A DNA stretch of 64,000 bases from Dehalococcoidia bacterium (GCA_963662435.1 OY759598.1:1272507-1336506), one strand, 5' to 3'. Numbered from the stretch's first letter, positions 37,578 through 48,324 are shown. Program-made: numbers and translations. The notes: generated by a model from the sequence alone, not told the origin.

Positions 37578-39239
37578 CTACTCGTCGGAAGGCTCTTGCC
37601 AGGACCAGTCCTTGGCGTTCCAGTAGCCCTTCGGGCTTACATAGCCACCCTGCACCACTTCGCCCGCCGCGAAGAAGCGCGGCATGCTCTGTAGCTTGAT
37701 CAGCGGCACGTCTTGGTTGACTACGATGTCGACGATGTTGCGGTAGGCTTCAGACCGGATCTTACGATCGGTCGTGCTCTTGGCCTGATCGAACAACCGC
37801 TCGATCTCAGGGTTGTAGTACCGCATACCGTTGTTGCCCTTGAATCCCTCCGTTTCGGAGTCGGCGCGGAAGACGCTCTGCATCAGGCCGTCGGGATCGG
37901 GTTCGCGGGTGTACCAGGCGTCGCCAAGGTCGAATTCCTTGTGCTTGCCGGCCCAGCACCGCGACTCCGGCCAGTCACCTGTGTCGCAATCGACGCCGAA
38001 CCACACCTTGTCGAGCCACGTCGGGCTGTCGACAATCACGATCTCCATTTCGATGCCGGCCTCAGCCAGGTTCTGCTGGATGACCTCCGCCATCTTCTGC
38101 GTGACGGGAATGTTCTCCGGCATGTACTTCAGCTGGAGTGGATTGTCAGGACCGTAACCGGCCTCGGCCAGGAGCGCCTTGGCCTTTTCCACGTCCCTCT
38201 GTGGGCACTCGAACGGCAGGTATGCCCAGTGCGATTCGAGGATCGGGTTACAGCTGACCTCTCCAAGCCCGAAGTAGATTGCGCTGTTGATCGCATTTGC
38301 GTCAACCGAGAGTTGGACTGCCTTCCTCACTCGCACGTCCGTCATCGGACCCTCTCGGACGTTGAAGATGACGGTCATGTAGGAGGCCGTGATGCCGTCA
38401 CGCTGCTGCAGCAACTGTACGCCCGGAGTCGTCGCGAGCCTTGCTACCTGCTCCAACGGCACATCCACTGCAAAGTCGATCTCGCCGCTGCGAATGGCGG
38501 CCATTCGAGTCTGCGGGTCCTTGATCGGAAGGATGAAGACCTTCTCCGGCCTCACATTGAGGATGTCCTCTTCGAAGTAGTCGTCAAACTTCTCAAGTTC
38601 GATCTTATCGTCCACTACCTGGCTCACGAACTTGTAGGGCCCGGTGCCGATGGGGTTGGTATCGATCTGGCCGATGCTGCCCTCGTCGACGATAGCAAGG
38701 GACCAGTGGGCCATCGAAGGTAGGAATACCGGGGTCGCCTTGTCAAGGACGACCTGGAATTCGTAATCGCCCGTGGCGCTGAACGAAACAACGTCGTTAA
38801 GTTCGCCCTTGCAGCGACCCTTATCTGCAATCTCGTTCCGGCAGCGGTTCCAGCTGTATTCGATGTCCGCAGCCGTCAGATCCTTACCGTTGTGGAACTT
38901 GACGTCGTCACGTATCTTGAAGGTATACGTGAGTCCGTCGGCAGAGACCTCCCAGCTTTCGGCAAGGTCAGGCTTGGGATCCATCATCGTGGCGTCGTAC
39001 TGGAGGAGACGATTGTAGATCATCTCCGAGAAGATGATGTCCGTACCGGACTGGCTCTTCGCCGCGTCCAAGAACTGGACCTCACCTCCATTGCCGACGC
39101 GCAGTACCGAATTGGCGGATGGGCCCGATGACGCGGCATCTCCATCCCCTTCATCGTCGCGCTCACAGGCGGCCAAGGCCAAGGCCACCAGCACAAACGC
39201 AATTAGTATAGCTCGACCTGTATTCAGCATCGAATGCAC
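37578..39239 (-). CDS. Family 5 ABC substrate-binding lipoprotein
   Basis: Lipobox LAAC, PDLAESW, KFHNG, PIGTGPYKF and DVRVRKA. Confidence 0.92.
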   Translation of the reverse strand: MHSMLNTGRAILIAFVLVALALAACERDDEGDGDAASSGPSANSVLRVGNGGEVQFLDAAKSQSGTDIIFSEMIYNRLLQYDATMMDPKPDLAESWEVSADGLTYTFKIRDDVKFHNGKDLTAADIEYSWNRCRNEIADKGRCKGELNDVVSFSATGDYEFQVVLDKATPVFLPSMAHWSLAIVDEGSIGQIDTNPIGTGPYKFVSQVVDDKIELEKFDDYFEEDILNVRPEKVFILPIKDPQTRMAAIRSGEIDFAVDVPLEQVARLATTPGVQLLQQRDGITASYMTVIFNVREGPMTDVRVRKAVQLSVDANAINSAIYFGLGEVSCNPILESHWAYLPFECPQRDVEKAKALLAEAGYGPDNPLQLKYMPENIPVTQKMAEVIQQNLAEAGIEMEIVIVDSPTWLDKVWFGVDCDTGDWPESRCWAGKHKEFDLGDAWYTREPDPDGLMQSVFRADSETEGFKGNNGMRYYNPEIERLFDQAKSTTDRKIRSEAYRNIVDIVVNQDVPLIKLQSMPRFFAAGEVVQGGYVSPKGYWNAKDWSWQEPSDE

Positions 39240-39465
39240 CTCCCTAATTGTCTTAATCCAGCCTTAGAGCGACGTAATCATATAGACAATAATAACTTCT
39301 ATCAACCCCAATCGTTCTAAATCGTTTCAGATTCTTGAACGCAGGTACTACAAGACCTTGCCGAATAGCGGAATCGGTCCGAAGTCACCATGGATCTGAC
39401 ACACGTGCAACGCTTCTTGACGGTATAATGGCGCCCACTTTCATCCCATCGCGAGGAGAACGCAC

Positions 39466-40173
39466 ATGAGGCTCATACTTGTCGGTAGCGAATACTCAGG
39501 AACGACGACGCTGGCGGAGGAGATCGTCAAGTGGCGTGACAAAGTCATGGGCCCGCCGACTCCGCTCGGAATCGTCACCTACCACGATCACTTCACTCCT
39601 CCATGGTTCGGTCACTGGGATGAAATTCCGGATGAGGACCTGGAAAAGTACATGGAGCTCGGCCCCACGCTCAAAGAGATGTTTACGCGCTACCAGTTCG
39701 CGTACCACCTCTCGCCGCAGCTCTACCGGGACAGCGACCACATCCTCCTCGGCTTCCACATCGAAGAGGCAGTCTATGCTCCGCTGTACTACGGGTACGG
39801 CAAGGCAGGCGAGTACGGCGACCGACAGAGCATGGCGCGCAGTATCGAGAAGGAGATCATCGAGCAAGGGCCGGAAACCGTGCTCATACACGTCAAGGCA
39901 ACTGCGGACGAGATCCGCAGGCGGATGAGAGAGTCACCGCATGAGCGCAACACGATCAAAGAAGAGGATATTGAGCACATTCTTGAGCGGTTCCAATATC
40001 ACTACAGCCATTCCATACTGCGGTACCGATTCGAGCTCGACACGACCACGGCTTCAGTCGAAGAGACGATGGCCGAATTCGTCGAGAAGATCGAACCGTT
40101 GATATCGGACCGCGACCGTCTGCGAATGCAGGCCCGCGCCCTACTGAATCCAGGGTTATTCCAACAGGACTAG
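39466..40173 (+). CDS. Hypothetical P-loop / NMP-kinase-like protein, paralogue of 12209-12928
   Basis: VGSEYSGTTTL, HDHF and AVYAPLYYGYGK. TATAAT and GAGGAG upstream. Confidence 0.72.
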   Translation: MRLILVGSEYSGTTTLAEEIVKWRDKVMGPPTPLGIVTYHDHFTPPWFGHWDEIPDEDLEKYMELGPTLKEMFTRYQFAYHLSPQLYRDSDHILLGFHIEEAVYAPLYYGYGKAGEYGDRQSMARSIEKEIIEQGPETVLIHVKATADEIRRRMRESPHERNTIKEEDIEHILERFQYHYSHSILRYRFELDTTTASVEETMAEFVEKIEPLISDRDRLRMQARALLNPGLFQQD

Positions 40174-40220
40174 TACCGTTTCCATCTGAATGTGACAGTC
40201 AGATAGAGAGGCGCTTTATT

Positions 40221-40258
40221 CCCTCTCCCGTCGCGGGAGAGGGCTGGGGTGAGGGTGA
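40221..40258 (+). repeat. CCCTCTCCC...GGGAGAGGG-GGGTGAGGG palindromic repeat (copy 1 of 2)
   Basis: Near-identical to 48173-48208. Confidence 0.8.
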
Positions 40259-40314
40259 CCACACCCAATCCGCTTTATACAGCGAACTTCAGATACAGGA
40301 TACTGGCGAAGACA

Positions 40315-41304
40315 ATGGTGCATCCACTCGATACCGCGCAGATCGGCAGCGCTGGGCTGCGGGTCACGCGGCTCGGCATCGGTGGCGCTCCCATAGGCAG
40401 CCTGTTTCGCGAGGTAAGTGATTACGAAGCGGCCGCCACCGTCAAGCGTGGGCTTGAACTGGGCCTAAACTACGTCGACACGGCTCCACTCTACGGACAC
40501 GGCATCAGCGAAATACGACTTGGACATGTCCTCAAGGACGTGCCACGCAACAGCTTCGTTCTTTCAACAAAGGTTGGCCGTGTGCTCAACTCGGTTGATG
40601 AAGAGCCGGTCAGTCCCCACTTCGAATCGCTTCCGATGTTGGAGCCGGTCTTCGACTACAGTCGCGAAGGCACTCTGCGCTCTTTGGATGAGAGCCTCCA
40701 ACGTCTCAACCTCGACCGGGTCGATATTACGTACATACACGACGCCGATGACCACTGGGAACAGGCAATCGGCGAGACGTATCCAACCCTTGAGGACCTG
40801 CGTTCGCAGGGCGTCGTTGGAGCCATCGGTGCTGGGATGAATCAGTGGGAAATGGAGGCCCGCTTCGCCCGTGAAGGGGACTTCGACTGCTTCCTCCTCG
40901 CGGGCCGGTATACCCTGCTCGATCAGTCTAGCCTGCCTGAGCTTATGCCCCTGTGCATGGAGAAGAACATAAAACTCGTCCTCGGTGGTCCGTACAACTC
41001 TGGAATCCTCGCGTCGGACTTGAGTCCCCGTGCGAAGTATGACTACGAAGCAGCGCCGGCTGCGATCATAGAGAAGGCCCGGAAGATCAAGCTCGTCTGC
41101 GACCGCTACGGCGTGCCTCTCAAGGCTGCGGCGCTCCAGTTCGGCCTTCTGAATCCGGTTGTGGCGGCAACCATACCGGGGCCCCGATCGGTCGATGAGG
41201 TGGAGGAGAATTTCAAGATGGCCCAACACCCAATTCCGTCAGATCTGTGGACGGAGCTAAAGGAGGAGGGACTGATCGACGAAATGGCGCCGGTCGGAGA
41301 CTAA
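40315..41304 (+). CDS. Aldo/keto reductase
   Basis: DTAPLYG, STKVGR, YIHD and LAGRYTLL. Confidence 0.9.
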   Translation: MVHPLDTAQIGSAGLRVTRLGIGGAPIGSLFREVSDYEAAATVKRGLELGLNYVDTAPLYGHGISEIRLGHVLKDVPRNSFVLSTKVGRVLNSVDEEPVSPHFESLPMLEPVFDYSREGTLRSLDESLQRLNLDRVDITYIHDADDHWEQAIGETYPTLEDLRSQGVVGAIGAGMNQWEMEARFAREGDFDCFLLAGRYTLLDQSSLPELMPLCMEKNIKLVLGGPYNSGILASDLSPRAKYDYEAAPAAIIEKARKIKLVCDRYGVPLKAAALQFGLLNPVVAATIPGPRSVDEVEENFKMAQHPIPSDLWTELKEEGLIDEMAPVGD

Positions 41305-41370
41305 TAGGTCGCCATCGTAACGATTCCGGAAGCTCCAATGGTCTGGGCCTTACGTCATAAGGCGATATAT

Positions 41371-41392
41371 CGGGTCGTAACCCCGCCCCTAC
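41371..41392 (-). repeat. GTAG-type REP-like hairpin
   Basis: Minus strand GTAGGGGCGGGGTTACGACCCG, between convergent genes. Confidence 0.55.
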
Positions 41393-41482
41393 CCGGCTAA
41401 GGCGTCGCGCCCCATCATTAGGGTTGTGTTGAATTTCCAGGCGAAGAATACACCTGCTCGTCATTGGGCAGCGGGATCTCCG

Positions 41483-42547
41483 TCAGTGCTGGCGAATGAG
41501 AAGGAATGTCGCAAGCTCTTCAATTTCGGCACGGGCGTTCATGGGAATTTCGACGCCCGCCAGCGATTCGAGGGCACGTTCGCAATGCTCCGAGGCCAGG
41601 GAATTAGCGTACTCCTCGGTACCGAGGCCATCCATAATGTCGAGGACCGCTTCGACATCGGTGTCCGAGACTGTCTCGTGCGCATACGTGTCTTCAAGCA
41701 TCCGTCTCTGCACACGGTCTGCTTGGGCCATGGCGTGAACTATGGGCAGAGAATTCTTCTTGCGTCGGATGTCGGCACCAACAGGCTTGCCGGTGGTCTC
41801 TTCCTCGCTGAATATCCCTAGAACGTCGTCCCGTATCTGGAACACGTAGCCCAGGGAACGCCCACACTCCCGGAACGAATCGATGACATTTGGGTCGCTC
41901 GTGCCCATAATCGCACCGACGTGCATGGGCGTTCGGATAAGTGCGCCGGTCTTCCGTGAAATCATGTCGAGGTAGCTCTGCATGCCAATGTCCGACCGAC
42001 CCTCAAACGCGACATCGAGGTGTTGTCCCTCGATCATCTCCAACGATGCCTCCGTGAGGACACGATTTACCGTGTTAATTTCCGAATCGGGCACGGAGTC
42101 GGTTCTGAGTCCCAGGACCGTAGCATCTGCCACGATTCGCATTACGTTGCCGGCCGTCAGAGCCTTCGGCTCACCCCAGACCTTCCAGAGTGTCGGACGG
42201 TGGCGCCGATACTCATCACGGTCCTGAATGTCGTCGTGGACTAGGGAAAAGTTGTGGATTAGTTCAAGGCAGGCCGCGGGAGGGATGGCGCGCCTGGAGT
42301 CTCCGCATAAGGCTTCACAAGTAAGCAGGCATAGAGTTGGTCGTAGTGCCTTTCCCTGTGGGGCGGACACTGGTGAACCCGATGTGTCCGACCACCCCAT
42401 CGCATAGCGGAGCATCGAGTAGACGAAGGGATCTGAAACGGACAGACGGTCGCGCAGTGCTGTATCGATGGACTCTTGGTACCGCTTGAAGACGGAGGGG
42501 AGCGGTGGGGGAGGCGGACTCGATGCGTCGGGCGTGACGTTCGTCAC
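41483..42547 (-). CDS. Polyprenyl diphosphate synthase (GGPP synthase-like)
   Basis: GKALRP, VHDDIQD...RR, GQHLD, KTGAL and FQIRDD. Confidence 0.92.
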   Translation of the reverse strand: MTNVTPDASSPPPPPLPSVFKRYQESIDTALRDRLSVSDPFVYSMLRYAMGWSDTSGSPVSAPQGKALRPTLCLLTCEALCGDSRRAIPPAACLELIHNFSLVHDDIQDRDEYRRHRPTLWKVWGEPKALTAGNVMRIVADATVLGLRTDSVPDSEINTVNRVLTEASLEMIEGQHLDVAFEGRSDIGMQSYLDMISRKTGALIRTPMHVGAIMGTSDPNVIDSFRECGRSLGYVFQIRDDVLGIFSEEETTGKPVGADIRRKKNSLPIVHAMAQADRVQRRMLEDTYAHETVSDTDVEAVLDIMDGLGTEEYANSLASEHCERALESLAGVEIPMNARAEIEELATFLLIRQH

Positions 42548-42770
42548 TCAGAGACCTCCCCAACTGCCGTTGCGCATGACCAGTAAGTCATTTGACCGTG
42601 AAATCGTAGCAACGGCCCTTCCAGCATGTCAACGGCATGTGAGCGGTGGCCATTATTTGACATCGCAAGAAAGCCTTTTCTATACTTCATTCGGTGTGAT
42701 TATGGACGGACCATTGGTCTAAATCACATTGCGGCATGGTGTCGCAATGATATCCCTTGCAGGGAGTACT

Positions 42771-43232
42771 ATGGCAAAACTGAAGCATATTGCTATTGCA
42801 AGTCAGGAGCCGAAGAAGACGGCGGAATTCTACCGCAAGGTGTTCGGGCTCAAGCAGGTGGGAAATGTGGACGGTGAGAACGCCGAGGGTGTCTACCTCA
42901 GCGACGGGGACATAAGCATAGCAGTCCTGAGATTCAAGAATGAGACGCTGGCCGGCGAAGACTTCGGCGTAGAGTACAGCGGTCTCCATCACATTGGATT
43001 TCAGGTGGATGATCTCTCGGAGGCCGATGCACGTTTGCAGGCGGCCGAGGTGCAGCCCAGTTCCGACATCAATTCCGTCCGTAAGTCGGAGATGGGAGAG
43101 GGTCATGGCGGGCGCAACGTCGCTTTGAATTACTCCGGCCCTGACGGTGTGATGATCGATATCTCCCAGATAGGTTGGGTTGGTGCCGGCGCCAAGAAAG
43201 CCAACAAGAACGGCCAACACCCTGGCGAGTAG
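42771..43232 (+). CDS. VOC/glyoxalase family protein
   Basis: LKHIAI, FYRKVFGL, GLHHIGF and GPDGVMIDI. Confidence 0.85.
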   Translation: MAKLKHIAIASQEPKKTAEFYRKVFGLKQVGNVDGENAEGVYLSDGDISIAVLRFKNETLAGEDFGVEYSGLHHIGFQVDDLSEADARLQAAEVQPSSDINSVRKSEMGEGHGGRNVALNYSGPDGVMIDISQIGWVGAGAKKANKNGQHPGE

Positions 43233-43303
43233 AACCTCAGCCCTGAACAGTCCTTCCTTATTTTGATGAACGCTCCCCTTGGGGAGTATTCACTCTCGTC
43301 TCT

Positions 43304-45580
43304 CTATCCACCCTCGTGAAGCAGGTTCAGCGCCGAGCCGGCCTTGAACCACGCCACCTGGGACTCCGCGAAGGTGTGGTCGAGTTCCAACCTGTCTTCA
43401 CTGCCGTCCGCGTGCTTGATAACGCACGTAACCGGCATGTTCTCCGTCAGCTTGTCGAGGTCGATAAGGCTAATGCGGTCATCTTCCCGGATGAGGTCGT
43501 AGTCATCAGGGTCCTGGAATGTGAGAGGCAGCAGGCCCTGCTTCTTGAGATTCGTTTCGTGGATTCGGGCAAAGCTCCTGGCAATTACGGCCGCGCCGCC
43601 GAGAAGCCTGGGAGACAATGCAGCATGCTCGCGGCTGCTTCCCTCACCGTAGTTTGAATCTCCAACGACTATCCAGCGAAGTCCGGAATCGCGATAGGAT
43701 GTGGCTATACGCGAGATAGCATGTCCGGTGTCGCCGGTTACGACGTTCTTGCCCTTTCCCGTTTCGCCCGTGAAGGCGTTGATTGCACCCATGAACATGT
43801 TCTCAGAGAACTTGCTCAGGTGACCGCGGAAGCGCAGCCACGGGCCAGCCGGAGAAATGTGATCGGTGGTCGTCTTACCAGATGTCTTCATCAGAACGGG
43901 CAGGTCGACGTAGTCCTCGCCGTCCCAGGGTTCCCAGGGCTTCAGGAGCTCGATTCGCTCGCTCTCCGGGTCGACGGTTATATCGATGTTGCTTCCATTT
44001 TCGGGCGGGGCGAAGAACGCGGGATTCCCTGCGTCGAAGCCCTTGGATGGGACCTCAGGCGCCTCTTTCGGCGGCTCCAACTTAAACGTCTCCCCATCTG
44101 CGCCGGTGAGTTCATCGGTGAGCGGGTTGAAAGACAGCTTCCCGGCAATTGCGAATGCCGTGACTATCTCGGGGCTCGCGATGAAATTCATGGTCTCGGA
44201 GCGTCCGTCGTTGCGGCGAGGAAAGTTGCGGTTGTAGGAGGTGACGATGGTGTTTGGGACTCCATCAAGCACCTTTTCGCGCTTCCACTGGCCGATGCAA
44301 GGACCGCAGGCATTCGCGAGGACGGTGCCTTCGATCTCCTTGAGTGCTCCCATTTGTCCATCGCGCTCTATGGTCGCCCGGATCTGCTCGGAGCCGGGAG
44401 TCACCATGAATTCCGCATGGGATCTGAGACCGTGTGCGCTCGCTTGCCCCGCAACGTCAGCCGAACGGCTCATGTCCTCGTATGATGAATTGGTGCAGCT
44501 TCCAATGAGAGCCGTCTGAATCTCGTCTATGAAGTCATTGCCTTTTTCATGCACCTCAGCCGCAAGGGCGGAAATCGGGCGGGCGCGATCAGGTGAGTGT
44601 GGGCCGACGACATGCGGCTCCAACTTGGAGAGGTCGATTTCTACCACCCGGTCATAGTAGCTCTCCGGGTCGGCCTCTACTTCCGCGTCGGGAGTCAAAA
44701 GGTCGCGGTTCTCTTCCGCGAGGCGTCCAATTGCCGCCCTGCGGGTCGCATTGAGGTACTTCGTCATGCGGCTGTCGTGCGCGAATATAGAGGTCGTCGC
44801 ACCGATCTCGGCGCCCATATTGGTTATCGTCGCCTTGCCGGTGCAGCTGATCGAGCTTGCGCCTGGACCGAAGTACTCCAGAATCGCGTTAGTGCCGCCG
44901 GATACCGTCAGTTCTCCTGCCACCTTGAGAATAACGTCTTTCGGAGCCGTCCAACCATTCTTCTCTCCGGTGAGGTAGACGCCTACGTGACGCGGATAGA
45001 GGACTTCCCAGGGGAGCCCTGCCATAACTTCGACGGCGTCGGCGCCCCCCACACCCACGGCGCAGGCGCCAAGGCCGCCGGCGTTGGTCGTGTGAGAATC
45101 GGTGCCGATTATGAGCGCGCCGGGATAGGCGTAGTTTTCCAGGACGACCTGGTGGATGATGCCTGCGCCCGGCCCCCAAAATCCCGCGCCGAATTTTGCG
45201 GCGGCGGTTTTGAGAAACTCGTATACCTCTTTATTTTCCTCCATGGACTGGACGAGATCGATGCCTCCCTCGGTCCTGGCCTGGATGAGGTGGTCGCAGT
45301 GAACGGTGGTCGGCACGGCGACCTGCTCCCGCATCGTCTGCATGAAGTTCAGCATGACCGTCTGACCGAGGACATCCTGCAGGGCCACACGGTCCGGGTT
45401 GAGCGAGAGTTGGCTTATCCCAGGCTCAATCTCCTGATTTTCCGGGTCGACGGCGTGTCCTAGAAGAATCTTGTCGGCCAGAGTGAGAGGTCCTCCGACT
45501 CGCCTGCGGATGACCTTGAGATTTTTTCGCATGGTAGCGTAGGTGTTGGCTACCATGAGCGGGGTGGAGTCGACTTGCAT
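43304..45580 (-). CDS. Aconitate hydratase (mitochondrial-like type)
   Basis: HCDHLI, GTDSHT, GSCTNSS, ACGPCIG, TTDHISPAG and GSSREHAA. Confidence 0.95.
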   Translation of the reverse strand: MQVDSTPLMVANTYATMRKNLKVIRRRVGGPLTLADKILLGHAVDPENQEIEPGISQLSLNPDRVALQDVLGQTVMLNFMQTMREQVAVPTTVHCDHLIQARTEGGIDLVQSMEENKEVYEFLKTAAAKFGAGFWGPGAGIIHQVVLENYAYPGALIIGTDSHTTNAGGLGACAVGVGGADAVEVMAGLPWEVLYPRHVGVYLTGEKNGWTAPKDVILKVAGELTVSGGTNAILEYFGPGASSISCTGKATITNMGAEIGATTSIFAHDSRMTKYLNATRRAAIGRLAEENRDLLTPDAEVEADPESYYDRVVEIDLSKLEPHVVGPHSPDRARPISALAAEVHEKGNDFIDEIQTALIGSCTNSSYEDMSRSADVAGQASAHGLRSHAEFMVTPGSEQIRATIERDGQMGALKEIEGTVLANACGPCIGQWKREKVLDGVPNTIVTSYNRNFPRRNDGRSETMNFIASPEIVTAFAIAGKLSFNPLTDELTGADGETFKLEPPKEAPEVPSKGFDAGNPAFFAPPENGSNIDITVDPESERIELLKPWEPWDGEDYVDLPVLMKTSGKTTTDHISPAGPWLRFRGHLSKFSENMFMGAINAFTGETGKGKNVVTGDTGHAISRIATSYRDSGLRWIVVGDSNYGEGSSREHAALSPRLLGGAAVIARSFARIHETNLKKQGLLPLTFQDPDDYDLIREDDRISLIDLDKLTENMPVTCVIKHADGSEDRLELDHTFAESQVAWFKAGSALNLLHEGG

Positions 45581-45670
45581 GTGTCCCTCTCCTTCATTCG
45601 CCCTTAGGTGTGTTTAGGCGGGATTCTCTCAGCCGTCATTGTCGCAAAAAAATTGTCTAGGCACAAAGAA

Positions 45671-45697
45671 GACCCGGAGGCGGGCCGCCCCCGGGTC
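45671..45697 (-). terminator. Stem-loop after the ferredoxin gene
   Basis: GACCCGG...CCGGGTC followed by T-rich sequence on the minus strand. Confidence 0.55.
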
Positions 45698-45723
45698 AAC
45701 TGGTCATGTCCAAACAGTCCGGC

Positions 45724-45975
45724 TTATCGTGTCTCGCCGAAATACTCGTAATTCAGATCAATGTAGCTGTCCCACTCCGGCGGCGTGTCTTCCTCGGCGA
45801 AGATGGCAACTACGGGACAGACCGGTTCACACGCGGCGCAGTCGATGCACTCTTCCGGGCTGATGAGCAGCATGTTGTGCTCCTCAGACTCATAGATGCA
45901 GTCGACGGGGCAGACATCAACGCAAGCCGCGTCCTTGACTCCTATACACGGCTCGGCAATAACGTAAGTCATCAA
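45724..45975 (-). CDS. 7Fe (FdxA-type) ferredoxin
   Basis: CIGVKDAACVDVCPVDCI and CIDCAACEPVCP. Confidence 0.93.
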   Translation of the reverse strand: MMTYVIAEPCIGVKDAACVDVCPVDCIYESEEHNMLLISPEECIDCAACEPVCPVVAIFAEEDTPPEWDSYIDLNYEYFGETR

Positions 45976-46210
45976 CAGACCTCCTGATCAATGGGGCGGA
46001 AGGTACCACTCCTCATACGCGGCCAATTATAATCACGCTTCAAAAGGCTTTCAAGCAATATTGAGACACCTGATTTATGCAAATCTCATCTGTCTTACAG
46101 TCGGCCTCACTCTTCGGCATTCGCGTCCGGACCGATCGCCGCGCCTTGACATCACGGCGGGTGGTTGTTTAACTGAACCCCGTCGTACAACAGGGAAATG
46201 GGAGCAAATC

Positions 46211-46942
46211 ATGAGCAAACTCGAAGGAAAGGTCTGTATCATCACAGGCGGGGGCACCGGGATCGGGCGAGGCACCGCTCGCGCATTCGCAAAGGAGGGA
46301 GCGTCTCTCGTACTTGCCGCGCGGCAGGTCGACAGGCTCAATGAGAGCGCCGAGGAGATGCGAAGCTACGGTGTTGAGGCCCTAGCGGTGCAGACGGACG
46401 TGACCGGTGAAGACCAGGTCATGAAGCTGTTCGAGACGACGATGACCAAGTTTGGTCGGCTGGACATCCTCGTAAACAACTCGGGCGCATTCGACGGCGG
46501 TCCGATTGACGAGATCCCGCTGGACACCTGGATGAAGGTCATCAACGTGAATCTCACCGGAGTCTTCCTCTGCACGAGAGAAGCGATGAAGATCATGAAG
46601 CAGCAGCGTAGCGGGCGAATCATCAACATCGGCAGCATCTCGTCACGGATGCCGAGAATGAACTCGGCCCCCTACACCACTTCCAAGCACGGGATAATCG
46701 GCCTCACGAAGTCAACTGCCCTCGAAGGCAGGGAATACGGCATCTCCGTGGGCGCGCTGCACCCCGGAAACGTCGAGGTCGAATGGCGGGCCGCCAGCAC
46801 CCGAGATTCGGACATGGAGCCGATGATGTCACCCGACGACATAGCGATTGCCGCGTTGGCGATGGCCCTGCTGCCACCCTACGCCAACATGCTCGATACG
46901 ACCGTACTACCTGTCAAACAAGACTATGTAGGCCGGGGGTAG
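46211..46942 (+). CDS. SDR family oxidoreductase
   Basis: TGGGTGIG, NNSG and YTTSK. GGGAG RBS before ATG 46211. Confidence 0.9.
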   Translation: MSKLEGKVCIITGGGTGIGRGTARAFAKEGASLVLAARQVDRLNESAEEMRSYGVEALAVQTDVTGEDQVMKLFETTMTKFGRLDILVNNSGAFDGGPIDEIPLDTWMKVINVNLTGVFLCTREAMKIMKQQRSGRIINIGSISSRMPRMNSAPYTTSKHGIIGLTKSTALEGREYGISVGALHPGNVEVEWRAASTRDSDMEPMMSPDDIAIAALAMALLPPYANMLDTTVLPVKQDYVGRG

Positions 46943-46979
46943 CTGAACATTCCACTCTACGACCTTGAGGAGATATCGG

Positions 46980-48125
46980 ATGACTGAGACCTTTGGCTAT
47001 CCTTTACTGATCTGGGAGAAAGCCCGAGAAGAGGTTCGGCAGATTCTCATTCGGTGTGCCAAAGAGGACCGCACAATAACTTCAACAGATCTCGTTAGTG
47101 AGATTCAAATCATTTCGCTGACACCGCGCAGCCCTGCATTTTCGGAGATTCTGAATCAAATAGCATTTGCTGAATACACCGCAGGAAGAGGAATTTTGAC
47201 CGTCATGGTGGTTGCCAAAGGGAGAACGATGCCGGGGCCTGGGTTCATTAAGTTTGCCCTAGAAATCGGTCTGCGATTCACCAACAAACGGGAATTCTGT
47301 AGTCAAGAGCGAATCCGCGTTGTAGATTATTGGCAAAGCGTTCAAGAAGACTGCGAAAGGCGAGATATGCAAAACATTCTCATAACCGGAATGTCGGGAC
47401 TCATCGGCGGAATTCTCCGCTTCCACCTTGACTCCCTTGGCGGCTACCAGCTCACCGCCCTCAACCGCCGTCCCGTCGACGGCGTGCGAACTGTCCAAGC
47501 TGACATCGGCGACCTCGAATCCATCCGCCCGGCCTTCGAGGGGCAGGACGTCGTCGTGCACCTCGCTGCGCACGTTGCCAGCGAGCCGATGGAGGACGTT
47601 GTTCGCGGCAACCTCGCAGGCACGTGGAACGTCTACGAGGCTGCTCGTGAGGCCGGAGTGAAGCGGGTGGTGTTTGCCAGTTCGGGCGACACCATACGGG
47701 GCGTCGACCATGACCCTCCCTACAGCCAGATAATTGCCGGCGACTACGAGGCGGTATCGCGCTGGGAGTGGCCGAAAGTTACGAAGGACCTCGTGAGGCC
47801 GGGGACCATCTATGGGGCATCCAAGGTATGGGGAGAGGTCCTTGGCCGGGTCTACTCCGCCGACTACGGCCTGTCCGTCCTCTGCGTCCGCATTGGAGCG
47901 TGCCCCGCGGCGAACCGCCCGACAACCGCCCGGGAGAAAGCGGCGTGGCTCAGCCATCGCGACGTTGCTGATGTCCTGCACAGGTGCATCGAAGCACCCG
48001 CCGACCTGCTGTACGACATCTTCTTCGCCGTCTCCAACAACAAGTGGAACTACCGCGATATCGAGCACGCCCGCCGAGTCCTCGGCTACATCCCCCAAGA
48101 CTCGGCCGAAGACTTCAAAGACTAA
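46980..48125 (+). CDS. NAD-dependent epimerase/dehydratase (from ATG 47367) preceded in frame by an unrelated ~130-aa domain
   Basis: ITGMSGLIG, HLAA, FASS and YGASK. No stop between 46980 and 47367. Confidence 0.8.
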   Translation: MTETFGYPLLIWEKAREEVRQILIRCAKEDRTITSTDLVSEIQIISLTPRSPAFSEILNQIAFAEYTAGRGILTVMVVAKGRTMPGPGFIKFALEIGLRFTNKREFCSQERIRVVDYWQSVQEDCERRDMQNILITGMSGLIGGILRFHLDSLGGYQLTALNRRPVDGVRTVQADIGDLESIRPAFEGQDVVVHLAAHVASEPMEDVVRGNLAGTWNVYEAAREAGVKRVVFASSGDTIRGVDHDPPYSQIIAGDYEAVSRWEWPKVTKDLVRPGTIYGASKVWGEVLGRVYSADYGLSVLCVRIGACPAANRPTTAREKAAWLSHRDVADVLHRCIEAPADLLYDIFFAVSNNKWNYRDIEHARRVLGYIPQDSAEDFKD

Positions 48126-48172
48126 TACTCTGTCAACTCTAATACGTTGAACTGGCAGATGCCGCTCTATCT

Positions 48173-48208
48173 CCTCTCCCGTCGTGGGAGAGGGCTAGGG
48201 TGAGGGTA
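48173..48208 (+). repeat. CCTCTCCC...GGGAGAGGG-GGGTGAGGG repeat (copy 2 of 2)
   Basis: Matches 40221-40258. Confidence 0.8.
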
Positions 48209-48324
48209 ATTCTCGCGGGCACTTCATTCTGCTTAACAAACCGTAATTCATGGCTGACACACTGGGAGTCCATCTCAGCATTCGTGGCAGCTTGCTCTGG
48301 ATGGATAAATCGATAGGAACGACG

